DNA of 22,366 nt, from positions 1 through 22,366 of the forward strand of contig NW_021836895.1 in NCBI RefSeq assembly GCF_006345805.1, read 5' to 3'. Positions 20,716 through 22,366 of this stretch are shown here, piece by piece. Numbering within the stretch: position 1 is the stretch's first letter; each line of letters begins with the position of its first letter. This DNA comes from Octopus sinensis (lineage: Eukaryota). The notes under the pieces were generated by a model that searched no databases, was not told the DNA's origin, and was given only the letters and a program-made list of their open reading frames with translations. Position numbers and translations under genes: made by a program.

Positions 20716-21561
20716 GATTTTAAGATTGATCTGAAAATTAATGCTGAACACAAACCAAAAAAATAAATAAATAAATAAATAAAATTTTATTGCTTTCCAG
20801 TTACTGATTTAGTAATATGTGATTGCTTTATCAACATATTGTAACATTAATAATGTTTCTATTTTTGTGTCAAAATAACGGATCAGTAATTGATTAGAGA
20901 TGAGAGGAAAACCGATTCTGTTTCGCAACTTGATCCTCCTCCAATAGACTCAAGAATAGATCTAAGTTCTAATGCACCAAAATGTTAGGTGCAACTGAGG
21001 TTCCTAGCTTTAGCACATGAGAGGATACATTAGCATAGAAAGGAGTAAGTTCTATCACCAAAAAAGAGATGACAGATCAAAACTTATTACATATTTGGAA
21101 TCAGTATCTCAAATTTACACAAAAATATATCTTCTAAAGCAACAGAATATATGCAGATCAATACTTTGTGGCGGTGATTTTTTTTTTCAAAAAGGAGTAT
21201 GCTGTTGGATAAAAGTACGACGTAATAGACAGATACTAATTTTATTTAGTCAAAAACAAATTTCAAAATTGTATTCCCCGGTGTAATTCATGCACAACTA
21301 CCTTGAATGTGAAAACTAGTCTGTATTCAATCAACATGGATTCGAAAATAAGAGATATCAGTTGTCAAGCATGTTACTGAGGGAAAATTTGACATACATG
21401 CGGTGTCATGGGATTCAATCTGATGGTCACATGAGCCATGTTATCTAGCGAGGCCGGTAACCCGTCGGGTGAGCTCGCTGAATGGGTAATGTTTAGTTTT
21501 TATCTTTTTAGATACAAGGGAAATTTATGTTCTTGACCTTTTACATTGTCTCTGAGACTGA

Positions 21562-21723
21562 TGTTGTTGTTTATTCCTTCTCGAGTCATGCCTAGCTCAT
21601 AAGGGCCGGTTTCCCGGTTTCTTGGCGTATAGGTTACCCATCTGGATGGGACGCCGGTCCGTCGCAGGTGAGCTGCAAGAGGCAGGAGGAAAGAGTGAGA
21701 GAAAGTTATGGTGAAAAAGTCAG
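21562..21723 (-). mobile_element. Headless SINE (family D-type tail)
   Basis: CTCATAAGGGCCGGTTTCCCGGTTTC resembles 6080-6105; no tRNA-like head present. Confidence 0.7.
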
Positions 21724-21960
21724 CTGTACTCTTTCACCACAACTTTCTCTCACTCTTACTTCCTGTTTCTGTTGTACCTGTATTTCAAGGGGCCGGCCTT
21801 GTCACTCTCTGTATCACGCTGAATATCCCCGAGAACTACGTTAAGGGTACACGTGTCTGTGGAGTGCTCAGCCACTTACACGTTAATTTCACGAGCAGGC
21901 TGTTCCGTTGATTCGGATCAACCGGAACCCTCGTCGTCGTAACCGACGGAGTGCTTCCAC
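21724..21960 (+). mobile_element. Headless SINE body with a different tail (family E)
   Basis: Shares ACTCTTTCACCACAACTTTCTCTCACTCTT with the antisense neighbour, then diverges into a GC-richer tail ending ...GTCGTAACCGACGGAGTGC. Confidence 0.6.
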
Positions 21961-22140
21961 ATATCAAGTCAAGTTCTCTCGGTGAAACTGAGTTCTGACT
22001 GTTCCTAATGGAAAAAAGATTCATACGTTTGCCTCTTGTTCATGCGTATACAGGTATATAGAAGGTTTGGTTTCTGCATGTGGAGCGGTATTTGTGGGTG
22101 AAGGCGTAAACAAGGTGCAAAGTTACGCTGTACGGCGAAG

Positions 22141-22250
22141 TGTGTGTATGTGTGTGGGTGGTGTGGTGTGTGTGTGTGTGTGTGATGTGTGTGGTGTGTG
22201 TTTGTGTTGTGTGGGTGTGTGTGTGTGTGTGTGTTGTGTGTGGTGTGCAT
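22141..22250. repeat. Imperfect (TG)n microsatellite
   Basis: Direct reading. Confidence 0.9.
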
Positions 22251-22366
22251 ACGTGAGTGCGTTTAATTATTAGCGAGACATAAGCTAATGCTCGCGTCTA
22301 CTCGGTATTAAGTTTTCATACAGCAAAAATAGACCTAGGCCTTTCTTCACCCACCAAAACATTTAC

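Noticed and set aside
21445-21480. GC-rich hairpin next to CTAG, as a Helitron 3' end on the minus strand
   Set aside because: Loop geometry is poor, the base after CTAG is A rather than T, and no 5' end was identified.

Overview
Eukaryotic, repeat-dense, AT-rich intergenic or intronic DNA. The SINE families and the dense (CA)n/(TA)n/(TAA)n microsatellites resemble octopus/coleoid cephalopod DNA (inference from recalled repeat sequences, not a search). No intact protein-coding gene is supportable; most ORF-track entries are microsatellite translations. Content: (i) many tRNA-derived SINE copies from about four families; (ii) a decayed mariner transposon whose left part lies inside a 1.12-kb tandem duplication; (iii) fragments of RLE-type non-LTR retrotransposons (R4/Dong-like, one interrupted by an antisense HERO-like 3' end); (iv) one weak candidate exon. 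The most notable signal is RNA-structural: five hammerhead-ribozyme-like motifs from three unrelated repeat families. Two have complete cores, carry an unusually long stem II insert, and sit back-to-back in a ~400-bp inverted repeat (9023-10049). Two shorter fold-back structures built from SINE pieces are also present. All structures were derived by eye; no folding or database search was run.
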